DNA from: an uncultured Candidatus Saccharibacteria bacterium | Lineage (GTDB): Bacteria > Patescibacteriota > Minisyncoccia > Phycocordibacterales > Phycocordibacteraceae | DNA: 64,000 nucleotides | NCBI GenBank assembly: GCA_964650475.1 | Contig: CAZYRK010000002.1 | Location: 12,087-76,086 of the forward strand | Reading direction: 5' to 3' | Shown here: positions 54,550-63,974 of the stretch, piece by piece | How positions within the stretch are numbered: the stretch's first letter is position 1 | How the letters are laid out: every line of letters starts with the position of its first letter | Translations under genes and position numbers: made by a program | Notes under the pieces: generated by a model | Told to the model about the DNA's origin: nothing | What the model saw: only the letters and a program-made list of their open reading frames with translations | Databases searched by the model: none

Positions 54550-55512
54550 ATGTCTCGCAGACTAATTTCACAAATAGGGCTTCTGGTCGCAGTGTTCTTC
54601 CTCTCTGTTGCGGTACAGGGTTATGCTTCCTTTAGGGAACCAAACACAACCCCACCAAACGCAAATGTAAACGCCCCACTAAACACCGGCTCGTCTGCGC
54701 AAACGAAGTCCGGGGATCTTACTGTTAAGAACCTTACCTCTGTTGGAAGCATCTGGTCCACAGATGTTGTTTCTTCCGGTAATGTATTTGCAAAAAATGT
54801 CACCGCAACAGGAAATGTATATGCCAATGGCGATATTTATACTAACGGTGGCAGAATATACGCAGCAAAAGGCGTCTACATTAAAGAAGCCGGGCACTGG
54901 AAAAAGCTCGCGATGGGCAACACTGTGAACAATACGAATACAGTTGCTTACCTATACAAATCCCAACACACAACAAAACAATGTACGAACCTTGGCGGAA
55001 CCGTTGTTACCGACGGCTCGACAAAGTTCTGTAAGTTCATGGAGAACTACGATTTAGGTGCTGTAACTCACACAAATCCTAGTATTGGTGGTACACCCGT
55101 CAACAATCCACCTTCACAACAACAACGTAATTTCTGTACCTCACTGGGTGGAAAAGTTACGGCTACACAAACCAAAGCGTGGGGTTTTATACTCGCCGGA
55201 ACATATTATAAATGCGTTTTCCCTCACGGTTATTCAAACACATCAAACAACCAAGTCCCTGCTGGGTGGGCAATATATAGACACTACCCAAGAACGGCTC
55301 GGGTCAACGGGTCTACTGGTGGATGGTCGATTACAGTACCAGAAACTTGTCACGGACATGACAATCCGAGTTCTCAATGCACGACAAAATCACACTCAAC
55401 ACTACAAAACAAAGGCCGAGAAACTTGCTCTTTCTATTCGTACATTGCATACCAAGGTAGAGGATTTACCGATACTTGCCAGGCAGCAGTAGTTGCTGTT
55501 GGAGCGTACTAG
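54550..55512 (+). CDS. Secreted Cys-rich hypothetical protein
   Basis: 320 aa, signal peptide, multiple Cys pairs, N/T-rich. Confidence 0.5.
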   Translation: MSRRLISQIGLLVAVFFLSVAVQGYASFREPNTTPPNANVNAPLNTGSSAQTKSGDLTVKNLTSVGSIWSTDVVSSGNVFAKNVTATGNVYANGDIYTNGGRIYAAKGVYIKEAGHWKKLAMGNTVNNTNTVAYLYKSQHTTKQCTNLGGTVVTDGSTKFCKFMENYDLGAVTHTNPSIGGTPVNNPPSQQQRNFCTSLGGKVTATQTKAWGFILAGTYYKCVFPHGYSNTSNNQVPAGWAIYRHYPRTARVNGSTGGWSITVPETCHGHDNPSSQCTTKSHSTLQNKGRETCSFYSYIAYQGRGFTDTCQAAVVAVGAY

Positions 55513-55526
55513 AAAGGTAACCCCCC

Positions 55527-55578
55527 ACCCACACACACAACAGCCCCGACCTTAAAAGGTCGGGGCTGTTGTGTGTGT
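55527..55578 (+). terminator. Hairpin terminator
   Basis: ACACACAACAGCCCCGACC-TTAAAA-GGTCGGGGCTGTTGTGTGTG. Confidence 0.5.
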
Positions 55579-55617
55579 GGGTTTTGGGTGACAAACAGGT
55601 AAATGGTTTGGTGTCTG

Positions 55618-55955
55618 TTTTGCGGACACTTTTGCGGACACTAAGTGTCCGCAAACCGATGTTTGCGTTTCGTCCGCGTCATATTGTTTTTTTTGCGGAC
55701 ACTAAGTGTCCGCAAACCGAGACCTTCCCAACTTTTTTCCACAAATAAAAACCTAAGCGGTACGTTGCGATGGATAGGGTAAGACATGTCCGAGCGGCCC
55801 GGAGCATGTTTTGCCGACACTTTTGCGGACACTTAGTGTCCGCAAAACATGCTCCGCAAAAACTCTCTGCCGCTTAGTGTCGGCAGAGAGTTTCGCGTGT
55901 GGTTTTGGGGTTTAGATAGACCGGCTAACATTTTGTGAAGGTTAGCCCTCCCCAA
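55618..55955. repeat. Cluster B of R1/R2 palindrome repeat family
   Basis: R1 is at 55632, 55693 and 55823, with partial copies and a related hairpin CTCTCTGCCG-CTTAGTGT-CGGCAGAGAG. There is a half R2 at 55722, a degenerate R2 at 55933, and the same connector CCACAAATAAAAACCTAAGCGGTA as cluster A. Confidence 0.8.
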
Positions 55956-56322
55956 ATCTATACAATGTTAAATTGTGTAAGAAGCATTGTCTTTACGGTC
56001 TTAAATTTTAACAAAAGGAAACAGCACCGCGGGGATATAAAAAACATTGTCTTTTTCAAGACAAAAAATCTATTTCACACTGGTTTTTATCCTACTCAAG
56101 TATTTCGAACATACGTTGATAAAAAATCAAGGTATTTTTATCAACGTATGTGGGAAAATAGGCGGTTGGAAGTCTTTATTTTGCAAAAAAAAACCGGCAA
56201 AACCTTTTCTCAAAGAAGGCTTAAAGAAAAAGCCTAGTGCGGTTTTCGTGCTCTCGCAAAGCACCGCCCAATTAAAAAAGCCCCGACCTTTTTAAGGTCG
56301 GGGCTTTGGCTCGCAGATATTG

Positions 56323-57375
56323 TTATTTATCATATGAGTCCCGTGACGGGAGCTGACGTTTGAAGTCTCCGTACTGCGGAAACATCTTTACAAACTCCTC
56401 ACATAAAGGAACCATAACTTCTCTCATCGAGGGTTCCGCTCCTCCGGAAGTGCGGAGCGCCATCATGTGCATCCACTCAACCAGATTCGCATAAACGATA
56501 ATTTCCGTTTTGCATGAATTCGGGAGAACGGTTCGAGCCGCTTGTGGCGAAACCTTCTTTCCGTCCGGTCCCAAACTCCCCAAAAGTTTCAGATAAGTCT
56601 GCTCCGCTTGAAGAACAGACTTTTCCCAAAGGGAGTAAAGCTCCGTACCTTCTTTGAAAAACATGGGTTTGATGTACGTAACCCTGTTTCCAAAGCGGTC
56701 GATATTGTACCGGCAATACCTCTGGCTTTCCTGCAGATACGAGCATGGGCGGTGACGCACAATCTCGTGCGTTACGGCACGGTTTACAATAAACTTCACC
56801 GCAATGTGCCGATGCCGAGCGCGCATGTCCGGAGGAAGTTCATTAACCTCGATCAAAGGCACTTGCTTCACTTCAATACCCAAAGAAAAACCGTGCTCCG
56901 GATACTGCAGGTCATCGAAGAAACATGGGTGTTCAAACCACATATCGCCAACAATTGCTGTGGTTATCTCGCACTCCGGGTGAAATATGTACATTTCCCG
57001 AAAAGCTCGTACGCTCCCGGTGATAAGAAGCTGGTAGTACCACGGGTTTTGCATATCTCTTTGCAAACCATAGAGACTGTCCACAAACAAATACTTTGGT
57101 ATCGTTTCGTAAAAATTTTTCAGCTTTTTTACGTCTTGAAACGAAACGCGGTAGCTAACAACAGCCATCTCCAAAACCGAGTTGTGCCCTCTCTTCACCG
57201 TATTACGGCAAAAAGGCTCTGCCGTAATACGACCCACTTTGTGCTCGCTTTTATAGCAAATTCTGCCACACTCTTCTATTCTTTTCTCAAGACCTTGACT
57301 ATCCAACCCCGTTAAAATCTCGAACGAAGGCGAAACCACTTTTGCTTTTGTGAAATCTGTTTCCTGCGTTCTCAT
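56323..57375 (-). CDS. thyX: Flavin-dependent thymidylate synthase ThyX (long form)
   Basis: RHRPCSYLQESQRY ThyX motif. 350 aa, RBS AAAGGAGGA upstream. Confidence 0.85.
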   Translation of the reverse strand: MRTQETDFTKAKVVSPSFEILTGLDSQGLEKRIEECGRICYKSEHKVGRITAEPFCRNTVKRGHNSVLEMAVVSYRVSFQDVKKLKNFYETIPKYLFVDSLYGLQRDMQNPWYYQLLITGSVRAFREMYIFHPECEITTAIVGDMWFEHPCFFDDLQYPEHGFSLGIEVKQVPLIEVNELPPDMRARHRHIAVKFIVNRAVTHEIVRHRPCSYLQESQRYCRYNIDRFGNRVTYIKPMFFKEGTELYSLWEKSVLQAEQTYLKLLGSLGPDGKKVSPQAARTVLPNSCKTEIIVYANLVEWMHMMALRTSGGAEPSMREVMVPLCEEFVKMFPQYGDFKRQLPSRDSYDK

Positions 57376-57554
57376 AACATCCTCCTTTTTGTTTTTCAGT
57401 CACATTCGCTCATAAGTGAGCTTTTCAAAATACAATACTATCTAAAGCCAAAGTACATTTACACAATGCCAATGTCAACAAACGCGCAAACATCATTTCA
57501 TTGCCGTGCTGTTTGTTTTCAGTAGCATATGTATCCAAAACTCTGTATAAAAAC

Positions 57555-57608
57555 CGCATATCAGACTTAATAGTAACCGGTACCGGTTACTATTAAGTCT
57601 GATATGCG
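57555..57608. repeat. 54-bp perfect palindrome (27+27, no spacer)
   Basis: CGCATATCAGACTTAATAGTAACCGGT|ACCGGTTACTATTAAGTCTGATATGCG lies in the divergent thyX-rny intergenic region. Confidence 0.85.
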
Positions 57609-58139
57609 AAACATAGCTAAAAAGTATTAAGACTGACTTCTTTGAAAAAGATTGTTTTCACTACAAATAATCTGATATTTGTTTGAGACCCCCCTCCATA
57701 AATAAGGAGGTTTTTCTGAAGATAAGCGCTTCAAGGCGAAAATTAAGCGGAGAATACGAAAAACCAAACAACACCGCACCGAAAACTGTGTTGAGAAATA
57801 AAGGTGCCACAAGTATCGCGCCCCAGTGTCAAAACATATTGACACTGGGGCGCGATACTAAAAAAGCTGAGGATTTGGAATATAACGAGACGGAAAACAT
57901 AATTAAAATTCCATTGAAACACTTTTTACTGGCAATAGGGTGAAAATAAAGTATTGAATGTCTTTTTATTTTGGCTACTTTTTGTTTTTGAATTTCGCTT
58001 TCCGCGTGCTAAAGTGCTCGCACCGTTAGAAAACAGCGGACTTATCATTTATTCCGTTCTCGACAGTCCTCGCACACCACCTCCGGACACGATTTGCATA
58101 GAAAAGACTTGAGGAACTGCCGAGCGGTAATCCCTATCT

Positions 58140-59669
58140 ATGTCGTTAAAATTTCTCTTTATTTTACTTGCGCTTTCGGGCGCCGCCGGCATCGCGCTCG
58201 GCTATGTTTTGCGATGGCTCATCGCACTCGGACAGCGCGGTTCACTTGAGCTGGATATAAAACAAAAAATGCTCGAGGCAAAGGAGCGGGCTTCAGTAAT
58301 ACTCAAAGAAGCAGAAAAACAAAGTGCGAAAATCTCTGATGAGCTTCTCGCAGATGTGCGCGAGCGTGAAGAGAAACTCGAAAAAAACCTCGCACGCCTT
58401 ACCAAAAAAGAAGATTTTTTAGATGCTCGTGAGCGCACTATCGTCGACGAATCAGAAATAATACGTTCCAGAGAAAATGAACTCTCACAACTAAAAAAGG
58501 AATCCGAGGAGGTTCTTGTAAAGCGCCGTTTGGAGCTTGAGCGCATTACTCACCTTTCAGAAGAAAAAGCGCTCGAAGAGATGTTTAAAGATATCGAGAA
58601 AACAAACGAAGAAGCTATTTTGGGCAGATTGCAAAAACTTGAAGCGCACGGGAAAGAAAGACTTGAAGAAGTTGCCAAAAATATACTTACCGCGTCAATA
58701 CATCGTCTCGGAAACGCAGTAAATACAGATGTAATGTCGCTTTCTATTCCCATAACTTCCGAGGAAGTAAAAGGGAAAATAATCGGAAAAGAAGGGCGTA
58801 ATATTAAAACTTTTGAACGCGCAACCGGCACGGACGTTATTGTGGACGATGCTCCGGATCGTATTACACTTTCATCTTTTGATCCTTTTAGACGCTACAT
58901 AGCAAAAATAGCACTTGAGCGTCTTCTTGCAGACGGGCGTATTCAACCAACAAAGATAGAGGAAGTTGTAGCTCGTGCAAAAAAAGAAGCGGAGGAGCTC
59001 CTGCGACAAAAAGGCGAGCAAGCGACATATGAAGCCGGTGTTGTGGGGCTTGATCCGAAGCTGATATCACTGCTCGGGCGACTTTATTTCCGCACGAGTT
59101 ACGGACAAAGCGTTCTACGCCACTCCATAGAAATGGCACACATCGCAAACATACTTGCGGAAGAGCTTGGAGCAGATCCTGTTATTGCCCGCACAGGGGC
59201 TCTTTTGCACGACATAGGGAAAGCTGTCGACCACGAAGTTAAAGGAACCCATGTCGAGATAGGACGCCGTATTCTTGAGCGTTTCGGTGTCGACAAGAAA
59301 GTTATTCAAGCAATGCAGGCACATCATGACGAATATGCTTATGAAACAACGGAATCGGTTATCGTACAGGTTGCAGATGCTATTTCCGGAGGACGCCCAG
59401 GGGCGCGCCGTGACTCTGTAGAGAAATACCTAACACGACTTAACGACCTTGAGCGCCTTGCGAAAAACTTTACTGGGGTCGAAAAAGTATATGCTGTACA
59501 GGCAGGGCGCGAGATTAGGATTTTTGTGAACCCAGGAAAGGTGTCTGATTTGGCAATGCATAAAATGGCTCGCGATATCGCAACACGCATACAAGACGAA
59601 TTGCGCTATCCGGGAGAAATAAAAGTAAATATTATTCGCGAAAATCGCGTTGTAGAGTTTGCAAGGTAG
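58140..59669 (+). CDS. rny: Ribonuclease Y
   Basis: 509 aa, N-terminal TM, coiled coil, KH domain and HD domain (..LHDIGKA..). Confidence 0.92.
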   Translation: MSLKFLFILLALSGAAGIALGYVLRWLIALGQRGSLELDIKQKMLEAKERASVILKEAEKQSAKISDELLADVREREEKLEKNLARLTKKEDFLDARERTIVDESEIIRSRENELSQLKKESEEVLVKRRLELERITHLSEEKALEEMFKDIEKTNEEAILGRLQKLEAHGKERLEEVAKNILTASIHRLGNAVNTDVMSLSIPITSEEVKGKIIGKEGRNIKTFERATGTDVIVDDAPDRITLSSFDPFRRYIAKIALERLLADGRIQPTKIEEVVARAKKEAEELLRQKGEQATYEAGVVGLDPKLISLLGRLYFRTSYGQSVLRHSIEMAHIANILAEELGADPVIARTGALLHDIGKAVDHEVKGTHVEIGRRILERFGVDKKVIQAMQAHHDEYAYETTESVIVQVADAISGGRPGARRDSVEKYLTRLNDLERLAKNFTGVEKVYAVQAGREIRIFVNPGKVSDLAMHKMARDIATRIQDELRYPGEIKVNIIRENRVVEFAR

Positions 59670-59682
59670 TGAAAAACCGTCG

Positions 59683-59716
59683 TGGGGTGCGGGCGCGTAG
59701 CGCCCGCACCCCACTA
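59683..59716 (+). terminator. Hairpin after rny
   Basis: GTGGGGTGCGGGCGC-GTA-GCGCCCGCACCCCAC. Confidence 0.45.
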
Positions 59717-59863
59717 GCTTATGCGTTTGCAACACACCGATTGCTTTGTGTCAAAAAATATCGCTATCCACCGTTTTGTCGCTTCGCACTTGCAGGAAAC
59801 GCTTTATTCCCTATACTTTTTAGCATACCCCTCTATACGAGGTATTAACCATAGTAGATTCCT

Positions 59864-60136
59864 ATGAATAAAGCGGAAATTATTGAAAAAGTTCACGAGG
59901 TGCTCGGTTCAACAAAAGCAGACGCAGATCGCGCCGTAGAAACAATTATCGAGTCAATTACAAATACACTTAAGTCCGGTGAGGAAGTATCCATTGCCGG
60001 TCTCGGCATCTTCTCAGCGAAAGTTCGTCCTGCACGTATGGGACGCAACCCTCGCACAGGTGAGCCGGTTCAGATTCAAGCAATGCGCGTACCGAAGTTC
60101 CGTGCATCCAAAGCTCTTAAAGACGCTGTTAAATAA
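59864..60136 (+). CDS. hup: DNA-binding protein HU
   Basis: 90 aa, ..GLGIFSAKVRPARMGRNPRTGEPVQI.. HU arm. Confidence 0.92.
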   Translation: MNKAEIIEKVHEVLGSTKADADRAVETIIESITNTLKSGEEVSIAGLGIFSAKVRPARMGRNPRTGEPVQIQAMRVPKFRASKALKDAVK

Positions 60137-60159
60137 AACGTAGTTTAGAGTGCTTTAAA

Positions 60160-60196
60160 AGCGCGCGCCGTCCTACGGACGGCGCGCGCTTTTTGT
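60160..60196. terminator. Bidirectional hairpin terminator
   Basis: AAAGCGCGCGCCGTCC-TAC-GGACGGCGCGCGCTTTTT. Confidence 0.55.
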
Positions 60197-60201
60197 TTAC
60201 C

Positions 60202-61326
60202 TTATAAATACTTTTTATTTTTAAGTTTTTTCGGCAGGTAACTTTTTGTATCATATTTCTCGTAACCTTCTCCGCGTCCTATTTCTTTCATAAGCTTTGT
60301 GGGAGCGTTTAAAATATTTTTAGGAATGGGTAAGTTTCCAAAAGTACGTATATCTTTTTGCGCTTCGCGCAGAGCATCATACGCGGAACGATTTTTCTTA
60401 CATTGCGCAAGATACGTAGCACCGTGCGCAAGGTTTATTGCACACTCCGGATACCCCACCGTCTCACATGCCCGAAAAACAGCATTTGCAACAACAAGTG
60501 CCGTCGGTTGCGCAAGACCAATATCCTCACTAGCAAAAACAACCATGCGCCTCGCGATAAAAAGAGGGTCCTCACCTCCTTCAACCATACGGGCGAGATA
60601 GTAAACAACAGCGTCTACCTGTGATGCTCGCATACTTTTAATAAAAGCCGATACAGTATCAAAATGTTCTTCGCCCTGCTTATCGTAGCGTAAATGCGGT
60701 GACTCCAGCGCCCTGTTCAGTATTTCAACAGTAACATCACCATAAAGATGGTTTGTGCTCTCAATCAGCCCGAGCACTTTGCGGGCATCACCGTTTGCGT
60801 ATTCCACAAGCCACGCAAGTGCTTCCTCATCGACAGGCACTTCAGAACGCGCAATTATTGCTCGCAACGAATTTTCTGAGAGCGCCTCCAGTGTAAATAC
60901 CCTACAGCGTGAAAGAAGTGCTGAAATTATTTCAAAAGAAGGGTTCTCCGTAGTCGCTCCGACGAGCGTAAGCTCCCCGCTTTCGACAAACGGTAACAAA
61001 AAATCCTGTTGCGCTTTATTGAAACGATGTATTTCATCAATAAAAAGTACCTTGTTTTTTCCTTTTACATCTTCTTCAAGAATTTTCCGAATATCGCTTT
61101 TACCTGCGGAAACAGCGGAGCACTCGAAAAGAGCTGAGTCTAAGGCGCGCGCATAAATGCGCGCGATTGTTGTCTTCCCCGCCCCCGGCGGACCCCAGAG
61201 AATAAATGAAAAAATATGTTTTTTCTCGATTGCAACCTGTAACGGGGCACCCTCTCCAACCAGATGCTCTTGCCCGACAAATTCATCGAGAGACTTCGGT
61301 CTGATACGAGACGCCAGTGGTTCCAT
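60202..61326 (-). CDS. rarA: Replication-associated recombination protein A (AAA+ ATPase RarA/MgsA)
   Basis: ..ILWGPPGAGKTT.. Walker A and MgsA C-domain. The start is set at MEPLASRIRPKSL, after the upstream terminator. Confidence 0.85.
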   Translation of the reverse strand: MEPLASRIRPKSLDEFVGQEHLVGEGAPLQVAIEKKHIFSFILWGPPGAGKTTIARIYARALDSALFECSAVSAGKSDIRKILEEDVKGKNKVLFIDEIHRFNKAQQDFLLPFVESGELTLVGATTENPSFEIISALLSRCRVFTLEALSENSLRAIIARSEVPVDEEALAWLVEYANGDARKVLGLIESTNHLYGDVTVEILNRALESPHLRYDKQGEEHFDTVSAFIKSMRASQVDAVVYYLARMVEGGEDPLFIARRMVVFASEDIGLAQPTALVVANAVFRACETVGYPECAINLAHGATYLAQCKKNRSAYDALREAQKDIRTFGNLPIPKNILNAPTKLMKEIGRGEGYEKYDTKSYLPKKLKNKKYL

Positions 61327-61382
61327 ATACCTTTCATAGTACACCGCCAAACAAGCAGTGTCTGCGCTTGCTAAGCCCAAGC

Positions 61383-61430
61383 CCACACCAAAGCGCCGTG
61401 CCTTAAAAGGCACGGCGCTTTGGTGTGGGC
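61383..61430. terminator. Hairpin terminator
   Basis: CCCACACCAAAGCGCCGTGCC-TTAAAA-GGCACGGCGCTTTGGTGTGGG. Confidence 0.5.
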
Positions 61431-61449
61431 TTGGTCAAGTACAACAATG

Positions 61450-61520
61450 TGCGGGATAGGAGAATCGAACTCCTGCTCTCAGTTTGGAAAACTGATGTTC
61501 TACCATTAAACTAATCCCGC
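61450..61520 (-). tRNA. tRNA-Gly (anticodon UCC), CCA not encoded
   Basis: Minus strand GCGGGATTAGTTTAATGGTAGAACATCAGTTTTCCAAACTGAGAGCAGGAGTTCGATTCTCCTATCCCGCA folds into a cloverleaf. Anticodon loop is TTTCCAA, T-arm is AGGAG-TTCGATT-CTCCT. Confidence 0.8.
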
Positions 61521-61579
61521 TTCGAATATCAGCATACCAAAAACGAGACTTTATCGCACGTCTCGGGTAGCATAAGAAT

Positions 61580-62767
61580 ATGAAGTCGATAATATTCTTA
61601 TGGTTTGTACTTGTAATATCACTTGTTGATATGGCAATTTTAAAAAAACCATACGACTTTACATACATTTTTTCTAAACCTGCTACAAAACTTGTCGTAT
61701 CAAAACAAAACGAAACACCTGTAGTAAATATCAACAGAAAACAAAAGACATTTCTTCCTGAAAGTTCTCCGAAAAAATCCGAACGAATACATAAAACCTC
61801 TCAAACAAAAGAAAACACTTATACTTCAACCCCTGACACAACTCCACAAGCGCAAAAAACACCAGCAACAAAAAGCATACTCCCTGCCCAAAAAACTCTT
61901 ACTGCTCCGGATTCGGAAACTTTTTCCGAGGGAACACTGCGCCTGCGCAAGGCTCTTGTAAATATAATCTGCACCGTCTCTGCGGGAACCGTGCTTCGTT
62001 CCATATCCGGAAGTGGGGTTATCATCAGCTCAAAAGGAGTTGTTCTCACCAACGCACACATCGGACAATATTTTCTTCTTAGCGATTACCCAAGCAAAGG
62101 AAATACCTCTTGCGTAATTCGCACAGGAAGCCCCGCAAAAAAATCTTACTCTGCAGAGCTTATGTTCATATCACCGGCTTGGATAAAGGAGAATCCTGCG
62201 ACACTTACAAAATATGCACCGTCCGGCACGGGCGAACACGACATCGCGCTACTTTCCATTACAAAAAGTCTTACAAGCACACCCCTCCCAAACAAATTCC
62301 CTTTCGTGGAGCTTTCAAGAGAAACACCGAGGAAAGATAGCTCGGTCGTAATAGGATCGTATGCCGCCCAATTCCTAACAGTAAACGAAATAAGAGATGC
62401 TTTATACCCGACAATTGCATACGGCAAAGTTCACGAGGTGTTTACTTTCGGCACAAATACAATTGACCTTATATCGCTCGGAGGAAATGCCGCGGCACAA
62501 GAAGGGTCTTCTGGTGGCGGGGTTATAGACCTAAACGGAAAGCTCGAGGGATTGATTACCACCAGCACAACACAGGGAGCCACACAAACACGCGATTTGC
62601 ACGCAATTACAGCAATGTACATACGCCACGATTACGCAAAAGAGGCTACGACATCTCTCGACGCGATACTTGCAGAACAGCCCGAAACTGTAGTTACCGG
62701 GTTCGCTCCCGAGGCTAAAAAACTAACTGCGGTACTTGTAAAAATACTTTCTTCGGCATCGAATTAA
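61580..62767 (+). CDS. Secreted trypsin-like serine protease
   Basis: 395 aa, signal anchor, ..VLTNAHI.. (His) and ..GSSGGGV.. (Ser) motifs. Confidence 0.65.
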   Translation: MKSIIFLWFVLVISLVDMAILKKPYDFTYIFSKPATKLVVSKQNETPVVNINRKQKTFLPESSPKKSERIHKTSQTKENTYTSTPDTTPQAQKTPATKSILPAQKTLTAPDSETFSEGTLRLRKALVNIICTVSAGTVLRSISGSGVIISSKGVVLTNAHIGQYFLLSDYPSKGNTSCVIRTGSPAKKSYSAELMFISPAWIKENPATLTKYAPSGTGEHDIALLSITKSLTSTPLPNKFPFVELSRETPRKDSSVVIGSYAAQFLTVNEIRDALYPTIAYGKVHEVFTFGTNTIDLISLGGNAAAQEGSSGGGVIDLNGKLEGLITTSTTQGATQTRDLHAITAMYIRHDYAKEATTSLDAILAEQPETVVTGFAPEAKKLTAVLVKILSSASN

Positions 62768-62799
62768 AAACTGCGTTGGGCTAGCGACCCGACTTAAAT

Positions 62800-62988
62800 T
62801 AACTCTTAAAGTACACCCTCTTGAAAAACTTGTTGTGGCGTTAAATAGTTAAGACGTTTACGTGGTCGACTATTCAATTTATGAACAGCACGTTGGACAT
62901 CTTTATTTGTAATTGTGGCAAAAGACGAACCTTTGGGAAAATACTGTCTCAACAAACCATTAATATTTTCATTGGCTCCTCTTTGTTG
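62800..62988 (-). pseudogene. IS30-family transposase C-terminal remnant
   Basis: Minus strand translates ..RGANENINGLLRQYFPKGSSFATITNKDVQRAVHKLNSRPRKRLNYLTPQQVF.., the conserved C-terminus of IS30 transposases. The upstream frame is closed by a stop inside an adjacent palindrome, and no DDE core is present. Confidence 0.6.
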
Positions 62989-62994
62989 GGGGTT

Positions 62995-63036
62995 GCTGAA
63001 TTAACACCTGAAGTGCACTTCAGGTGTTAATTCAGC
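62995..63036. repeat. 42-bp near-perfect palindrome abutting the transposase remnant
   Basis: CTGAATTAACACCTGAAGTG|CACTTCAGGTGTTAATTCAG. Confidence 0.7.
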
Positions 63037-63101
63037 AGATCTGGTGGAAAAGCTTTAATTTAACGTACTTTATAATTTCTTTATTCTGGGTTTGCGACTA
63101 T

Positions 63102-63974
63102 CTATGAAGCCTTTGGTTGTGATGCAATATGTATCGTGCGCGTTGGATACGCAAATTCAACATTCTCAGAAGCAAACAAATTAAGAATTGCCATATTCAT
63201 TTCCTGCTGTCTGTCCATGTATTCTGTGTAGTCTCCGGAATTTACGTAATACACCAGATCAAAATCGAGCGAGGAATCTCCGAAACCTGAAAAATGCACT
63301 CTGTCTATTTTAATACCTGAAATCGGGTTCAGTACATCTTTTATCTTTTCCGGAAGGGCTGAAACCGTCTCGCTTGGTGTCTCATAGGCTATACCAATCT
63401 TCATTTCCACACGGCGATTTTGCATAGAGTGGAAATTTTGGATACGGGTGGAAGTAAGCTCGTGATTTGATATAACAATCTCCTCGCCTTGAAGTGCGCG
63501 AAGTCTCGTGGTTTTTATACCAATATTTTCCACTGTGCCCATATTCTTGCCAACAATAATAAAGTCTCCTTGCACAAACGGCTTGTCAAAATAAATAGCA
63601 AACGAGCTAAAAAGGTCTGTCAAAATGTTTTGCAGAGCGAAAGCTATGGCAACACCGCCTATCCCCAAGCCGGCAATGAGCGATGTGATGTTTACCCCGA
63701 GGTTCGACAAAAGCAAGAGCACCGCGATGCCCCACAGTACAGACTTCGCCATAGTTCCCAAGAAATGCCGTGCAACATGTTCACTTTTTTCACCTGAGGA
63801 ATGCGCGACAAACATATCTATCGCGATATTGAGAGCGCGGATGACATACCAAAGAACAAGCGCGAGCAAAACTACATTTAATACAGTAGCTACATTTTTC
63901 GAGAGCTCGAGCGTGTGCAGACCGATATATAACGAAAGATACCAATAAAACGCTGGTCGAACGCTTTGTATCAT
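63102..63974 (-). CDS. mscS: Mechanosensitive ion channel (MscS family)
   Basis: 290 aa, three N-terminal TM helices and an MscS beta-domain region. Confidence 0.8.
   Translation of the reverse strand: MIQSVRPAFYWYLSLYIGLHTLELSKNVATVLNVVLLALVLWYVIRALNIAIDMFVAHSSGEKSEHVARHFLGTMAKSVLWGIAVLLLLSNLGVNITSLIAGLGIGGVAIAFALQNILTDLFSSFAIYFDKPFVQGDFIIVGKNMGTVENIGIKTTRLRALQGEEIVISNHELTSTRIQNFHSMQNRRVEMKIGIAYETPSETVSALPEKIKDVLNPISGIKIDRVHFSGFGDSSLDFDLVYYVNSGDYTEYMDRQQEMNMAILNLFASENVEFAYPTRTIHIASQPKAS

Noticed and set aside
57683-57943. 86-aa ORF in the thyX-rny intergenic region
   Set aside because: It spans the palindromic hairpin, has no RBS and no conservation cues. The region is more plausibly regulatory DNA.
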